52,029 nucleotides of DNA from a virus (lineage: Duplodnaviria; Heunggongvirae; Uroviricota; Caudoviricetes): the IMG/VR virus record IMGVR_UViG_2869965101_000004, one strand, 5' to 3'. A program made the position numbers and the translations under genes. Within the stretch, counting starts at the first letter, position 1, and each line of letters opens with the position of its first letter. Below, one piece after another: positions 39,627 through 49,637 of the stretch. The notes under the pieces were generated by a model that saw only the letters and a program-made list of their open reading frames with translations, was not told the DNA's origin and did no database searches.

Positions 39627-41526
39627 TATGATGAGTGCTGTCACAACAGCATTACAGCCCCTGATAAGGGCATTGCCGGTGACGCCAGTTGAATGGGCTG
39701 ATCAAAATTATTATCTGCCTAAAGAATCTTCATATGGTGAGGGAGAATGGAAAACGCTGCCGTTCCAGGTCGCCATTATGAACTGTATGGGTAACGACCA
39801 GGTTCGCACGGTTAACCTGATTAAATCTGCCCGTGTTGGCTATACAAAGATGTTGCTGGGGGTGGTCGGGTATTTTATTGAGCATAAATCACGAAACAGT
39901 CTGCTTTTTCAGCCCACGGATTCTGCCGCTGAAGATTTTATGAAGTCTCACGTGGAGGCGACGATTCGGGATGTGCCATGCCTGAAAGACCTTTCCCCAT
40001 GGCTGGGTCGTAAACATCGTGATAATACCCTCACGCTGAAACGTTTTTCATCGGGCGTGGGCTTCTGGTGCCTGGGCGGGGCTGCCGCTAAAAACTACCG
40101 TGAAAAATCCGTGGACGTGGTCTGCTATGACGAACTTTCCTCGTTCGAACCGGATGTCGAAAAAGAGGGTTCGCCAACCCTGCTGGGGGATAAACGTATT
40201 GAGGGCTCTGTATGGCCCAAATCCATTCGCGGCTCGACGCCTAAAATCAAAGGCACCTGCCAGATCGAAAAAGCGGCCAACGAGTCGGCGCATTTTATGC
40301 GTTTTTATGTGCCCTGCCCACACTGTGGGGAGGAGCAGTATCTGAAATTTGGCGATGAGTCCACGCCTTTTGGGCTTAAATGGGAGAAGGACAGTCCCGA
40401 AAGTGTTTTCTACCTCTGTGAACATCATGGCTGCGTGATCCATCAGTCTGAACTGGACCAGAGCAACGGGCGGTGGATCTGTGAAAACACGGGCATGTGG
40501 ACCCGTGACGGTCTGACGTTTTTCAGCGCTGCGGGTAATGAAATTCCGCCGCCGCGCTCCATCACGTTCCATATCTGGACGGCGTACAGTCCGTTTACCA
40601 CCTGGGTACAGATAGTCTATGACTGGCTGGATGCACTGAAAGATCCCAACGGCCTGAAAACCTTTGTGAACACCACGCTGGGCGAGACCTGGGAAGAAGC
40701 CGTGGGCGAAAAACTCGATCACCAGGTACTGATGGATAAGGTCGTGCATTACACGGCGGCGGTACCTGCCCGGGTGGTTTATCTGACGGCGGGCATTGAC
40801 TCGCAGCGAAACCGTTTTGAGATGTATGTCTGGGGATGGGCACCGGGAGAGGAAGCTTTTCTGGTGGATAAAATCATCATTATGGGCCGTCCCGATGAGG
40901 AAGAGACGCTGTTACGTGTGGATGCGGCGATCAACAAAAAATACTGCCATGCAGACGGAACCGAAATGACCATTTCCCGTGTCTGCTGGGACACCGGGGG
41001 GATCGATGGTGAAATTGTCTATCAGAGGTCAAAAAAACACGGTGTTTTCCGGGGGCTGCCGGTAAAAGGCGCATCTGTCTATGGCAAGCCGGTGATCACC
41101 ATGCCGAAAACCCGCAATCAGCGGGGCGTGTATCTGTGTGAAGTGGGGACGGACACCGCAAAAGAAATTCTCTATGCCCGTATGAAAGCCGATCCCACGC
41201 CTGCGGATGAAGCCACGTCGTATGCCATCCGTTTTCCTGATGATCCGGAGATTTTTTCGCAGACAGAGGCGCAGCAACTGGTCGCGGAAGAGCTTGTGGA
41301 GAAGTGGGAAAAAGGAAAGATGCGTCTGCTGTGGGATAACAAAAAGCGGCGTAACGAAGCGCTGGACTGCCTGGTGTATGCCTACGCGGCATTACGTGTG
41401 TCCGTGCAACGCTGGCAGCTTGATCTGGCTGTACTGGCAAAATCCCGGGAAGAAGAGACGACCCGGCCAACCCTTAAAGAACTGGCAGCGAAGCTGTCCG
41501 GAGGAGTGAATGGTTACAGTCGCTGA
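39598..41526 (+). CDS. A: terminase large subunit (lambda A-like)
   Basis: Colinear with lambda gpA (..AVEWADANYYLPKES.., Walker A, ..FVNTTLGETWE..). Confidence 0.9.
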   Translation: MNISEQQLNNMMSAVTTALQPLIRALPVTPVEWADQNYYLPKESSYGEGEWKTLPFQVAIMNCMGNDQVRTVNLIKSARVGYTKMLLGVVGYFIEHKSRNSLLFQPTDSAAEDFMKSHVEATIRDVPCLKDLSPWLGRKHRDNTLTLKRFSSGVGFWCLGGAAAKNYREKSVDVVCYDELSSFEPDVEKEGSPTLLGDKRIEGSVWPKSIRGSTPKIKGTCQIEKAANESAHFMRFYVPCPHCGEEQYLKFGDESTPFGLKWEKDSPESVFYLCEHHGCVIHQSELDQSNGRWICENTGMWTRDGLTFFSAAGNEIPPPRSITFHIWTAYSPFTTWVQIVYDWLDALKDPNGLKTFVNTTLGETWEEAVGEKLDHQVLMDKVVHYTAAVPARVVYLTAGIDSQRNRFEMYVWGWAPGEEAFLVDKIIIMGRPDEEETLLRVDAAINKKYCHADGTEMTISRVCWDTGGIDGEIVYQRSKKHGVFRGLPVKGASVYGKPVITMPKTRNQRGVYLCEVGTDTAKEILYARMKADPTPADEATSYAIRFPDDPEIFSQTEAQQLVAEELVEKWEKGKMRLLWDNKKRRNEALDCLVYAYAALRVSVQRWQLDLAVLAKSREEETTRPTLKELAAKLSGGVNGYSR

Positions 41527-41716
41527 ACTACAGGCGCTGCGTCAGGCACGCCTTGATTTATTAACCGGTAAACGGGTGGTGTCTGTCCAGAAAGATGGTC
41601 GCAGAATTGAATATACGGCGGCTTCTCTGGATGAGCTTAACCGGGCGATCAATGATGCGGAGTCGGTACTGGGGACAACCCGACGTCGCCGTCGTCCGCT
41701 GGGAGTGAGGTTATGA
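41510..41716 (+). CDS. W: head-tail joining protein W
   Basis: 68 aa, ..LTGKRVVSVQKDGRRIEYTAAS.. like lambda gpW. Confidence 0.85.
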   Translation: MVTVAELQALRQARLDLLTGKRVVSVQKDGRRIEYTAASLDELNRAINDAESVLGTTRRRRRPLGVRL

Positions 41717-43305
41717 AACGAACGCCTGTCCTGATTGATGTGAACGGCGTTCCGCTTCGTGAGAGTCTCAGCTACAACGGGGGCGGCGCAGGATTTGGTG
41801 GGCAAATGGCGGAGTGGTTGCCACCGGCGCAGAGTGCCGATGCAGCCCTGCTGCCTGCGTTGCGTCTGGGGAATGCCCGGGCAGATGATCTGGTGCGCAA
41901 TAACGGGATAGCGGCCAATGCGGTGGCCCTGCATAAGGATCATATTGTCGGGCATATGTTTCTGATCAGCTACCGTCCGAACTGGCGCTGGCTGGGGATG
42001 CGGGAGACTGCGGCAAAAAGTTTTGTCGATGAGGTGGAGGCGGCCTGGTCGGAATACGCCGAAGGGATGTTTGGCGAGATCGACGTGGAAGAGAAACGCA
42101 CGTTTACGGAATTTATTCGTGAAGGTGTGGGCGTTCATGCGTTTAACGGCGAAATCTTTGTGCAGCCGGTCTGGGATACGGAGAGCACGCAACTGTTTCG
42201 TACGCGTTTTAAAGCCGTGAGTCCGAAACGGGTGGACACGCCAGGACACGGTATGGGGAACCGTTTTCTGCGGGCCGGTGTGGAGGTCGATCGATATGGT
42301 CGTGCCGTTGCGTACCATATCTGTGAGGATGATTTTCCGTTCTCTGGGAGTGGACGATGGGAACGGATCCCGCGTGAACTTCCCACCGGGCGTCCGGCCA
42401 TGCTGCATATTTTCGAGCCGGTGGAGGACGGGCAGACCCGTGGGGCCAATCAGTTTTACAGCGTAATGGAACGGCTGAAGATGCTCGATTCCCTGCAGGC
42501 AACACAGCTTCAGTCGGCCATAGTGAAGGCGATGTATGCAGCGACGATTGAAAGTGACCTTGATACCGAAAAGGCCTTTGAATATATCGCCGGTGCGCCG
42601 CAGGGGCAGAAGGATAATCCGCTTATTAATATTCTGGATAAGTTCTCCACCTGGTATGACACGAATAGCGTGACGCTGGGCGGTGTCAAAATTCCGCACC
42701 TTTTCCCCGGTGATGATCTGAAACTTCAGACCGCGCAGGATTCAGACAATGGATTTTCGGCGCTTGAACAGGCGCTGCTGCGGTATATCGCCGCCGGTCT
42801 TGGCGTTTCCTACGAACAGTTGTCCCGTGATTACTCGAAGGTCAGTTATTCAAGTGCCCGCGCATCCGCCAATGAGTCGTGGCGCTATTTTATGGGGCGG
42901 CGAAAATTTATTGCGTCCCGGCTGGCCACGCAGATGTTTTCCTGCTGGCTGGAAGAGGCACTTCTTCGGGGGATTATTCGTCCGCCACGGGCACGTTTTG
43001 ATTTTTATCAGGCGCGATCAGCCTGGTCACGGGCTGAGTGGATTGGAGCCGGAAGAATGGCCATTGACGGGCTCAAGGAGGTTCAGGAATCAGTGATGCG
43101 CATTGAGGCCGGACTGAGCACGTATGAGAAAGAGCTGGCGCTGATGGGCGAGGATTATCAGGACATTTTCCGCCAGCAGGTCAGGGAATCTGCAGAGCGG
43201 GAAAAAGCCGGACTCTCACGTCCGGTGTGGATAGCGCAGGCGTATCAGCAGCAGATAGCGGAGAGTCGCAGGCCGGAAGAGGAGACAACACCACGTGAGA
43301 CGTAA
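41713..43305 (+). CDS. B: portal protein B
   Basis: 530 aa, lambda gpB-like (..FEPVEDGQTRGAN.FYSVME..). Confidence 0.9.
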   Translation: MKRTPVLIDVNGVPLRESLSYNGGGAGFGGQMAEWLPPAQSADAALLPALRLGNARADDLVRNNGIAANAVALHKDHIVGHMFLISYRPNWRWLGMRETAAKSFVDEVEAAWSEYAEGMFGEIDVEEKRTFTEFIREGVGVHAFNGEIFVQPVWDTESTQLFRTRFKAVSPKRVDTPGHGMGNRFLRAGVEVDRYGRAVAYHICEDDFPFSGSGRWERIPRELPTGRPAMLHIFEPVEDGQTRGANQFYSVMERLKMLDSLQATQLQSAIVKAMYAATIESDLDTEKAFEYIAGAPQGQKDNPLINILDKFSTWYDTNSVTLGGVKIPHLFPGDDLKLQTAQDSDNGFSALEQALLRYIAAGLGVSYEQLSRDYSKVSYSSARASANESWRYFMGRRKFIASRLATQMFSCWLEEALLRGIIRPPRARFDFYQARSAWSRAEWIGAGRMAIDGLKEVQESVMRIEAGLSTYEKELALMGEDYQDIFRQQVRESAEREKAGLSRPVWIAQAYQQQIAESRRPEEETTPRET

Positions 43306-44800
43306 TCTTTCACACATTATTGCCGCAGCATTCAATGAACCGCTGCTTCTGGAGCCCGCCTATGCGCGGGTTTTCTTTTGCGCGCTCGGGCGCGAGATGG
43401 GCGCAGCAAGTCTTTCGGTACCACAACAGCAGGTACAGCTTGATGCTCCCGGAATGCTGGCTGAAACGGACGAGTACATGGCCGGAGGTAAACGACCGGC
43501 CCGTGTTTACCGGGTGGTGAACGGTATTGCGGTACTGCCGGTGACCGGCACGCTGGTGCACCGGCTGGGGGGGATGCGGCCATTTTCCGGAATGACTGGC
43601 TATGACGGCATTGTCGCCTGTCTTCAGCAGGCAATGGCAGATAGCCAGGTGCGGGGCATACTGCTGGACATTGACAGTCCGGGCGGGCAGGCCGCCGGCG
43701 CGTTTGACTGCGCTGACATGATTTACCGCCTCCGTCAGCAGAAGCCGGTCTGGGCACTGTGCAATGACACGGCCTGTTCTGCAGCCATGCTGCTGGCGTC
43801 GGCCTGCTCCCGACGGCTGGTTACCCAGACATCCCGTATCGGCTCCATTGGCGTGATGATGAGCCATGTCAGCTATGCCGGTCATCTGGCGCAGGCCGGT
43901 GTGGATATCACGCTGATTTATGCCGGGGCGCACAAGGTGGATGGCAATCAGTTTGAAGCGTTGCCGGCAGAGGTTCGCCAGGATATGCAGCAGCGGATTG
44001 ATGCGGCGCACCGGATGTTTGCCGAAAAAGTGGCGATGTATACCGGGTTGTCTGTGGATGCGGTCACGGGAACAGAGGCCGCCGTTTTTGAAGGTCAGTC
44101 CGGCATTGAGGCCGGGCTGGCGGATGAATTAATCAATGCGTCGGATGCCATCAGTGTGATGGCCACGGCGCTGAACAGTAATGTCAGAGGAGGCACTATG
44201 CCGCAATTAACTGCAACGGAAGCCGCCGTGCAGGAGAACCAGCGAGTGATGGGGATCCTGACATGCCAGGAAGCGAAAGGACGTGAACAGCTTGCCACGA
44301 TGCTGGCAGGGCAACAGGGCATGAGCGTTGAACAGGCCCGGGCGATTCTGGCCGCGGCGGCACCGCAGCAGCCGGTGGCATCCGCGCAGAGTGAAGCCGA
44401 TCGCATTATGGCGTGTGAAGAAGCGAACGGTCGTGAACAACTGGCAGCAACGCTGGCGGCGATGCCGGAGATGACGGTGGAAAAAGCCCGCCCGATCCTG
44501 GCTGCTTCACCGCAGGCGAATGCCGGACCATCACTCCGTGATCAGATCATGGCACTGGATGAGGCAAAAGGGGCTGAGGCGCAGGCTGAACAGCTGGCTG
44601 CCTGCCCGGGAATGACTGTGGAGAGCGCCCGGGCTGTGCTGGCTGCGGGATCAGGTAAGGCAGAACCGGTCTCTGCATCCACAACCGCCCTGTTTGAACA
44701 TTTCATGGCGAACCATTCACCGGCTGCGGTCCAGGGGGGCGTGTCACAGGCATCAGAAGACGGTGATGCGGACGTGAAAATGCTCATGGCCATGCCATGA
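43295..44800 (+). CDS. C: prohead protease / scaffold protein C (S49 peptidase family)
   Basis: ClpP/SppA-like N-terminal domain; C-terminal region with three ~38-aa repeats. Confidence 0.85.
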   Translation: MRRNLSHIIAAAFNEPLLLEPAYARVFFCALGREMGAASLSVPQQQVQLDAPGMLAETDEYMAGGKRPARVYRVVNGIAVLPVTGTLVHRLGGMRPFSGMTGYDGIVACLQQAMADSQVRGILLDIDSPGGQAAGAFDCADMIYRLRQQKPVWALCNDTACSAAMLLASACSRRLVTQTSRIGSIGVMMSHVSYAGHLAQAGVDITLIYAGAHKVDGNQFEALPAEVRQDMQQRIDAAHRMFAEKVAMYTGLSVDAVTGTEAAVFEGQSGIEAGLADELINASDAISVMATALNSNVRGGTMPQLTATEAAVQENQRVMGILTCQEAKGREQLATMLAGQQGMSVEQARAILAAAAPQQPVASAQSEADRIMACEEANGREQLAATLAAMPEMTVEKARPILAASPQANAGPSLRDQIMALDEAKGAEAQAEQLAACPGMTVESARAVLAAGSGKAEPVSASTTALFEHFMANHSPAAVQGGVSQASEDGDADVKMLMAMP

Positions 44801-44836
44801 AGTCAGTGCTGAACATCAATACGAGGTTTTAACAAT

Positions 44837-45184
44837 ATGGTGACGAAAACCATCACTGAACAGCGTGCGGAAGTACGTATTTTTGCTGGTAATGATCCGG
44901 CTCATACCGCCACAGGCAGCAGCGGGATTTCTTCTGCAACACCGGCTCTGACGCCCCTGATGCTGGATGAAGCCACCGGGAAACTGGTGGTCTGGGATGG
45001 ACAGAAAGCCGGTAGTGCGGTTGGCATACTGGTACTGCCGCTTGAAGGCACAGAGACGGTGCTGACCTATTACAAGTCGGGGACCTTTGCGACGGAGGCA
45101 ATCCGCTGGCCTGACAGTGTGGATGAACACAAAAAGGCAAATGCCTTTGCCGGCACAGCCCTGAGTCACGCGGCTCTGCCGTAA
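44837..45184 (+). CDS. D: head decoration protein D
   Basis: ..DPAHTATGSSG...TPLMLDEATGKLVVWDG.. like lambda gpD. Confidence 0.85.
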   Translation: MVTKTITEQRAEVRIFAGNDPAHTATGSSGISSATPALTPLMLDEATGKLVVWDGQKAGSAVGILVLPLEGTETVLTYYKSGTFATEAIRWPDSVDEHKKANAFAGTALSHAALP

Positions 45185-45241
45185 CACGTTATCAGGCCAC
45201 CATGGTGGCCTGACTGATTTCTGAATGAAAGGAACTGATTT

Positions 45242-46270
45242 ATGGGATTGTTTACGACCCGCCAGTTACTCGGTTATACCGAACAAAAAGTGAAATTCCG
45301 TGCGCTGTTTCTGGAGCTGTTTTTCCGCCGTACGGTGAATTTCCACACCGAAGAGGTGATGCTGGACAAAATTACCGGAAAAACGCCGGTGGCGGCCTAT
45401 GTCTCCCCGATCGTTGAAGGAAAAGTGCTTCGCCATCGCGGTGGTGAAACCCGCGTGTTACGTCCGGGCTACGTCAAGCCGAAACACGAATTTAATTACC
45501 AGCAGGCGGTTGAGCGCCTTCCTGGTGAAGATCCGGCTCAGCTGAACGACCCGGCCTACCGTCGTCTGCGTATCATTACCGATAACCTCAAACAGGAAGA
45601 GCACGCCATTGTCCAGGTGGAAGAAATGCAGGCGGTGAATGCCGTGCTGTATGGCAAATACACCATGGAAGGGGATCAGTTTGATACTGTCGAGGTGGAT
45701 TTCGGGCGCTCTGAAGGAAATAACATTGAGCAGGCTGACGGTAAAAAATGGTCTGAGCAGGACCGTGATACGTTTGATCCGACGCATGATATTGACCTCT
45801 ACTGCGATCAGGCCAGCGGCCTTGTGAATATCGCCATTATGGACGGTACGGTCTGGCGTCTGCTGAATGGCTTTAAGCTGTTCCGCGAAAAACTGGATAC
45901 CCGTCGCGGCTCAAATTCACAACTCGAAACGGCAGTGAAAGATCTGGGCGCAGTGGTGTCCTTCAAGGGGTATTACGGCGATCTGGCCATTGTGGTGGCG
46001 AAAACGTCTTATGTGGCAGAGGACGGTACCGAAAAACGTTATCTGCCGGAGGGCATGCTGGTGCTGGGGAATACGGCGGCAGAGGGGATTCGTTGCTATG
46101 GTGCCATTAAGGATGCACAGGCGTTGTCTGAAGGAGTGGTGGCTTCTTCCCGTTACCCGAAACACTGGCTGACCGTGGGCGATCCGTCCTGTGAATTCAC
46201 CATGACGCAGTCCGCTCCGCTGATGGTGCTGCCGGATCCGGATGAGTTTGTGGTGGTACAGGTGAAATAA
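45242..46270 (+). CDS. E: major capsid protein E
   Basis: 342 aa colinear with lambda gpE. Confidence 0.9.
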   Translation: MGLFTTRQLLGYTEQKVKFRALFLELFFRRTVNFHTEEVMLDKITGKTPVAAYVSPIVEGKVLRHRGGETRVLRPGYVKPKHEFNYQQAVERLPGEDPAQLNDPAYRRLRIITDNLKQEEHAIVQVEEMQAVNAVLYGKYTMEGDQFDTVEVDFGRSEGNNIEQADGKKWSEQDRDTFDPTHDIDLYCDQASGLVNIAIMDGTVWRLLNGFKLFREKLDTRRGSNSQLETAVKDLGAVVSFKGYYGDLAIVVAKTSYVAEDGTEKRYLPEGMLVLGNTAAEGIRCYGAIKDAQALSEGVVASSRYPKHWLTVGDPSCEFTMTQSAPLMVLPDPDEFVVVQVK

Positions 46271-46277
46271 TCCGTGA

Positions 46278-46307
46278 GCGGGGGCGAAATGCCCCCGTGT
46301 CTTTTTT
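46278..46307 (+). terminator. intrinsic terminator/attenuator after the capsid gene
   Basis: GCGGGGGC-GAAAT-GCCCCCG hairpin followed by TGTCTTTTTT. Confidence 0.55.
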
Positions 46308-46321
46308 CACAGGAGGCTGAG

Positions 46322-46705
46322 ATGGCAACAAAAGAAGAAAATCTGAATCGTCTTCGTCAACTGGCTGGCCTGCTGGGGCGCGAGGCGGATATGTCGGGGA
46401 GTGCTGCGGATATTGCTCAACGTGTGTCTGAGTGGGAAGAGGAGCTTGCTGTTTCCCCGGAGGGCATTATGCACTCTGATGAGAGCGGGGCTGATCAAAA
46501 TCACACAGACGATGGTGAGCAGTTGAACAACACGGATGCTCCGGATGATGTTAAAGCCGTCCGGGTACGGAAGTGCCTGCAAGTAATGGGGTATTGCCCG
46601 GAGACAGGTCGTCCCGTTGAGCTGGCGTTACGGGGTATGTGTGTTCTGGTGCCATCATCACTGGCAACGGCCATGATACAGCACGGAACGGCTGAATATG
46701 CGTGA
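46322..46705 (+). CDS. DNA packaging protein FI-like
   Basis: Position after E, RBS AGGAGG before ATG 46322, acidic central region. Confidence 0.55.
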   Translation: MATKEENLNRLRQLAGLLGREADMSGSAADIAQRVSEWEEELAVSPEGIMHSDESGADQNHTDDGEQLNNTDAPDDVKAVRVRKCLQVMGYCPETGRPVELALRGMCVLVPSSLATAMIQHGTAEYA

Positions 46706-47051
46706 TTTTCAGAATGCCTTTGATGCTGCCCTCGCCGGGGTAGACAGTACGATCGTTGAAGTGATGGGGCTCTGTGCGCAGTTCACCTCGGGGGCACAGT
46801 GTGGCAGCGAAGTTCAGGGGGTTTTTGATGATCCGGAGTCGCTGGGGTTTACCGGTGGCGGGGTCCGTATTGAAGGAAGCAGCCCGTCATTATTTGTGCG
46901 GACGGATACGGTTCGTGCCGTGCGGCGTGGTGACACGCTGACCATTAATGGTGAGATATTCTGGGTGGATCGTGTTTCTCCGGATGACGGGGGCAGCTGT
47001 TATCTCTGGCTCAACCGTGGTCAACCACCCGCAGTTAACCGGCGACGATAA
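46698..47051 (+). CDS. head-tail connector protein FII
   Basis: ..GVRIEGSSPSLFVRTD.VR..RRGDTLTI....FWVDRVSPDDGGSC.LWL.RG.PPAVNRRR like lambda gpFII. Confidence 0.85.
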   Translation: MRDFQNAFDAALAGVDSTIVEVMGLCAQFTSGAQCGSEVQGVFDDPESLGFTGGGVRIEGSSPSLFVRTDTVRAVRRGDTLTINGEIFWVDRVSPDDGGSCYLWLNRGQPPAVNRRR

Positions 47052-47066
47052 ACGCAGGGTGAAATT

Positions 47067-47600
47067 ATGGCGATAAAAGGGCTTGATCAGGCGATTGACA
47101 ATCTGAGCCGGGTTCGTAAAAACGCCATTCCGGCGGCTTCAGCAATGGCCATTAACCGCGTGGCCACAACGGCGATTAATCAGTCTTCATCACAGGTTGC
47201 CCGGGAGACAAAGGTTCGCCGGAAACTGGTTAAGGAACGGTCCAGACTGAAACGGGCGACGGTCAGAAATCCGAATGCCAGAATTATCGTTAACCGCGGT
47301 GATCTCCCTGTGATTAAGCTGGGGATCAGGATGCTGGGGCGTCGCCCGAACAGCATACTTAAAGCCGGTCAGCATCGGTATCAGCGGGCATTTATTCAGC
47401 GATTAAAAAATGGTCGCTGGCATGTCATGCAGCGTGTGGCCGGGAAAAACCGTTACCCCATTGATGTGGTGAAAATCCCGATGGCGGCCCCACTGAAACA
47501 GGCATTTGATGAGAATGTTGACCGTATCCGGCGTGAACGCCTGCCTAAAGAACTGGCATACGCGCTGAAACAACAACTGAGGATTGCAATAAAACGATGA
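47067..47600 (+). CDS. Z: tail completion protein Z
   Basis: MAIKGL.QA..NLSR...RETKVRRKLVKER.RLKRATV.NP.. like lambda gpZ. Confidence 0.85.
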   Translation: MAIKGLDQAIDNLSRVRKNAIPAASAMAINRVATTAINQSSSQVARETKVRRKLVKERSRLKRATVRNPNARIIVNRGDLPVIKLGIRMLGRRPNSILKAGQHRYQRAFIQRLKNGRWHVMQRVAGKNRYPIDVVKIPMAAPLKQAFDENVDRIRRERLPKELAYALKQQLRIAIKR

Positions 47601-47992
47601 AACACACTGACATTCGTGCCGCAGTGCTGGATGCGCTCGAGCAGCATGAACACGGGGCGACGCTGTTTGATGGTCGCCCCGTTGTTTTTGACGAAGAGGA
47701 TTTTCCTGCGATCGCGGTTTATCTGACGGATGCAGAGTATACCGGTGAAGAGCTGGATGCAGATACCTGGCGGGCCACGCTGCATATTGAGGTGTTTTTA
47801 CCGGCACAGGTACCGGATTCAGAGCTTGATCAGTGGATGGAAAGCCGGATTTACCCGGCGATGACCGCGATCCCGGCACTGGCAGGACTGATTACCACGA
47901 TGGTTACGCAGGGCTATGAGTATCGTCGTGATGACGATATGGCGTTATGGAGTTCTGCAGATCTGACTTATTCCATTACATACGAGATGTGA
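47597..47992 (+). CDS. U: tail terminator protein U
   Basis: 131 aa, near-colinear with lambda gpU. Confidence 0.9.
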   Translation: MKHTDIRAAVLDALEQHEHGATLFDGRPVVFDEEDFPAIAVYLTDAEYTGEELDADTWRATLHIEVFLPAQVPDSELDQWMESRIYPAMTAIPALAGLITTMVTQGYEYRRDDDMALWSSADLTYSITYEM

Positions 47993-47999
47993 GGACGAT

Positions 48000-48752
48000 A
48001 TGGCAACACCAAATCCCCTTGAGCCGGTAAAAGGTGCCGGTACCACTCTGTGGGTTTACAACGGCAAGGGTGATGCTTATGCAAACCCGTTGTCAGACGA
48101 TGACTGGCAGCGACTGGCTAAGGTGAAGGATCTGACGCCGGGCGAGATGACGGCAGAATCCTACGATGATAACTACCTGGATGATGAAGACGCGGACTGG
48201 ACCGCGACCGGGCAGGGGCAGAAATCTGCAGGTGATACCAGTTTTACGCTGGCCTGGAAACCGGGAGAGGAAGGCCAGAAAGGGCTTATAGGCTGGTTTG
48301 AAAGCGGCGATGTCCGGGCCTATAAAATCCGTTTTCCGAATGGCACGGTGGATGTGTTTCGTGGCTGGGTCAGCAGTATCGGTAAGGCCGTGACGGCGAA
48401 AGAAGTGATCACCCGCACGGTGAAAGTCACTAACGTGGGTAAACCTTCTGTAGCGGAAGAACGCAGCAAAATTACGCCGGTCAGTGCGATTAAGGTGACG
48501 CCGACATCCGGTACGGTGGCAAAAGGGAAAACAACCACCCTGACGGTTTCTTTTGAGCCGGAAAGTGCAACCGACAAGACGTTCAGAGCGGTTTCCGCCG
48601 ATCCGTCGAAAGCCACCATTAGTGTGAAAGATATGACAATTACGGTAAACGGCGTGGCGACAGGTAAGGTGCAGATCCCTGTGGTGAGCGGAAATGGTCA
48701 GTTCGCCGCAGTGGCTGAAGTCACCGTTACTGAAGCGGGCGCTGCAGGGTAA
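48000..48752 (+). CDS. V: major tail protein V (with C-terminal Ig-like domain)
   Basis: ..[70 protein letters not shown] like lambda gpV. Confidence 0.9.
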   Translation: MATPNPLEPVKGAGTTLWVYNGKGDAYANPLSDDDWQRLAKVKDLTPGEMTAESYDDNYLDDEDADWTATGQGQKSAGDTSFTLAWKPGEEGQKGLIGWFESGDVRAYKIRFPNGTVDVFRGWVSSIGKAVTAKEVITRTVKVTNVGKPSVAEERSKITPVSAIKVTPTSGTVAKGKTTTLTVSFEPESATDKTFRAVSADPSKATISVKDMTITVNGVATGKVQIPVVSGNGQFAAVAEVTVTEAGAAG

Positions 48753-48765
48753 ACGGAGGTAATAC

Positions 48766-49197
48766 ATGTTTCTGAAAACAGAACAATTTGAATATAACGG
48801 TGTGTCTGTCACGCTTTCCGAATTGTCTGCGCTGCAGCGTATCGAGCATCTTGCCCTCCTGAAACGGCGTGCAGAACAGGCAGAATCCTGCGGCAACCTG
48901 CAGGTAAGCGTGGAAGATCTCGTCAGAACCGGCGCGTTTCTGGTGGCGATGTCCCTGTGGCATAACCATCCACAGAAAACGCAGTCACCGTCAATGAATG
49001 AGGCCGTGATGAAGATAGAGCAGGAAGTGCTCACCACCTGGCCTGCCGATGCCATTGCCCGGGCGGAAGACGTGGTGTTGTGCCTGTCCGGGATGATCGA
49101 AGCTGTTCGTCCGGATACTGATATTACTGAAGTGGCGAAAAATAACACGCTGACTGATGATGATTTTTCTGCGGGAAAGTCTTCGACGGCGAGCTGA
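48766..49197 (+). CDS. G: tail assembly chaperone G
   Basis: MFLKTE.FE.NGV.VTLSELSALQRIEHLAL.KR.AEQAES like lambda gpG. Confidence 0.9.
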   Translation: MFLKTEQFEYNGVSVTLSELSALQRIEHLALLKRRAEQAESCGNLQVSVEDLVRTGAFLVAMSLWHNHPQKTQSPSMNEAVMKIEQEVLTTWPADAIARAEDVVLCLSGMIEAVRPDTDITEVAKNNTLTDDDFSAGKSSTAS

Positions 49198-49637
49198 ACT
49201 TTGCCCTCAGACTGGCGCGTGAGATGGGGAGACTCGACTGGCGCGCCATGCTTGCCGGGATGACATCCACCGAATATGCCGACTGGCACCGTTTTTACCG
49301 CACGCATTATTTTCAGGATACCCAGCTGGATATGCATTTTTCCGGGCTGACGTACGCTGTACTCAGCCTGTTTTTTTGCGATCCGGATATGCATCCCTCT
49401 GATTTCAGTCTGCTTGTCCCCCGGCATGAGGAAGAGCAGGTGGAGAGGCCGGATGAGGACAAAATGCTGATGCAGAAAGCGGCAGGACTTGCCGGAGGCG
49501 TCCGGTTCGGTGGGGACGGAGGGCGCGATATTTTATCGTCTGCGGATGTGGCGGATGTCATGGTGGATGATGCCGCATTAATGATGGCTTCAGCGGGGAT
49601 TCCGGGAGGTGTGAGATATGTCCCAGCCGGTTGGTGA
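49179..49637 (+). CDS. T: T segment of the G-T fusion, reached by -1 programmed frameshift
   Basis: Slippery heptamer GGGAAAG at 49173..49179 in the G frame; -1 frame encodes ..LRLAREMGRLDWRAMLAGMTSTEYADWHRFY.. like lambda gpT. Confidence 0.85.
   Translation, partial: VFDGELNFALRLAREMGRLDWRAMLAGMTSTEYADWHRFYRTHYFQDTQLDMHFSGLTYAVLSLFFCDPDMHPSDFSLLVPRHEEEQVERPDEDKMLMQKAAGLAGGVRFGGDGGRDILSSADVADVMVDDAALMMASAGIPGGVRYVPAGW

Noticed and set aside
41542-42699. 385-aa minus-strand ORF
   Set aside because: Antisense to the portal gene.
48093-49427. 444-aa minus-strand ORF
   Set aside because: Antisense to the lambda-like V, G and T genes, which are clearly the coding strand; a long open frame in GC-rich antisense sequence.
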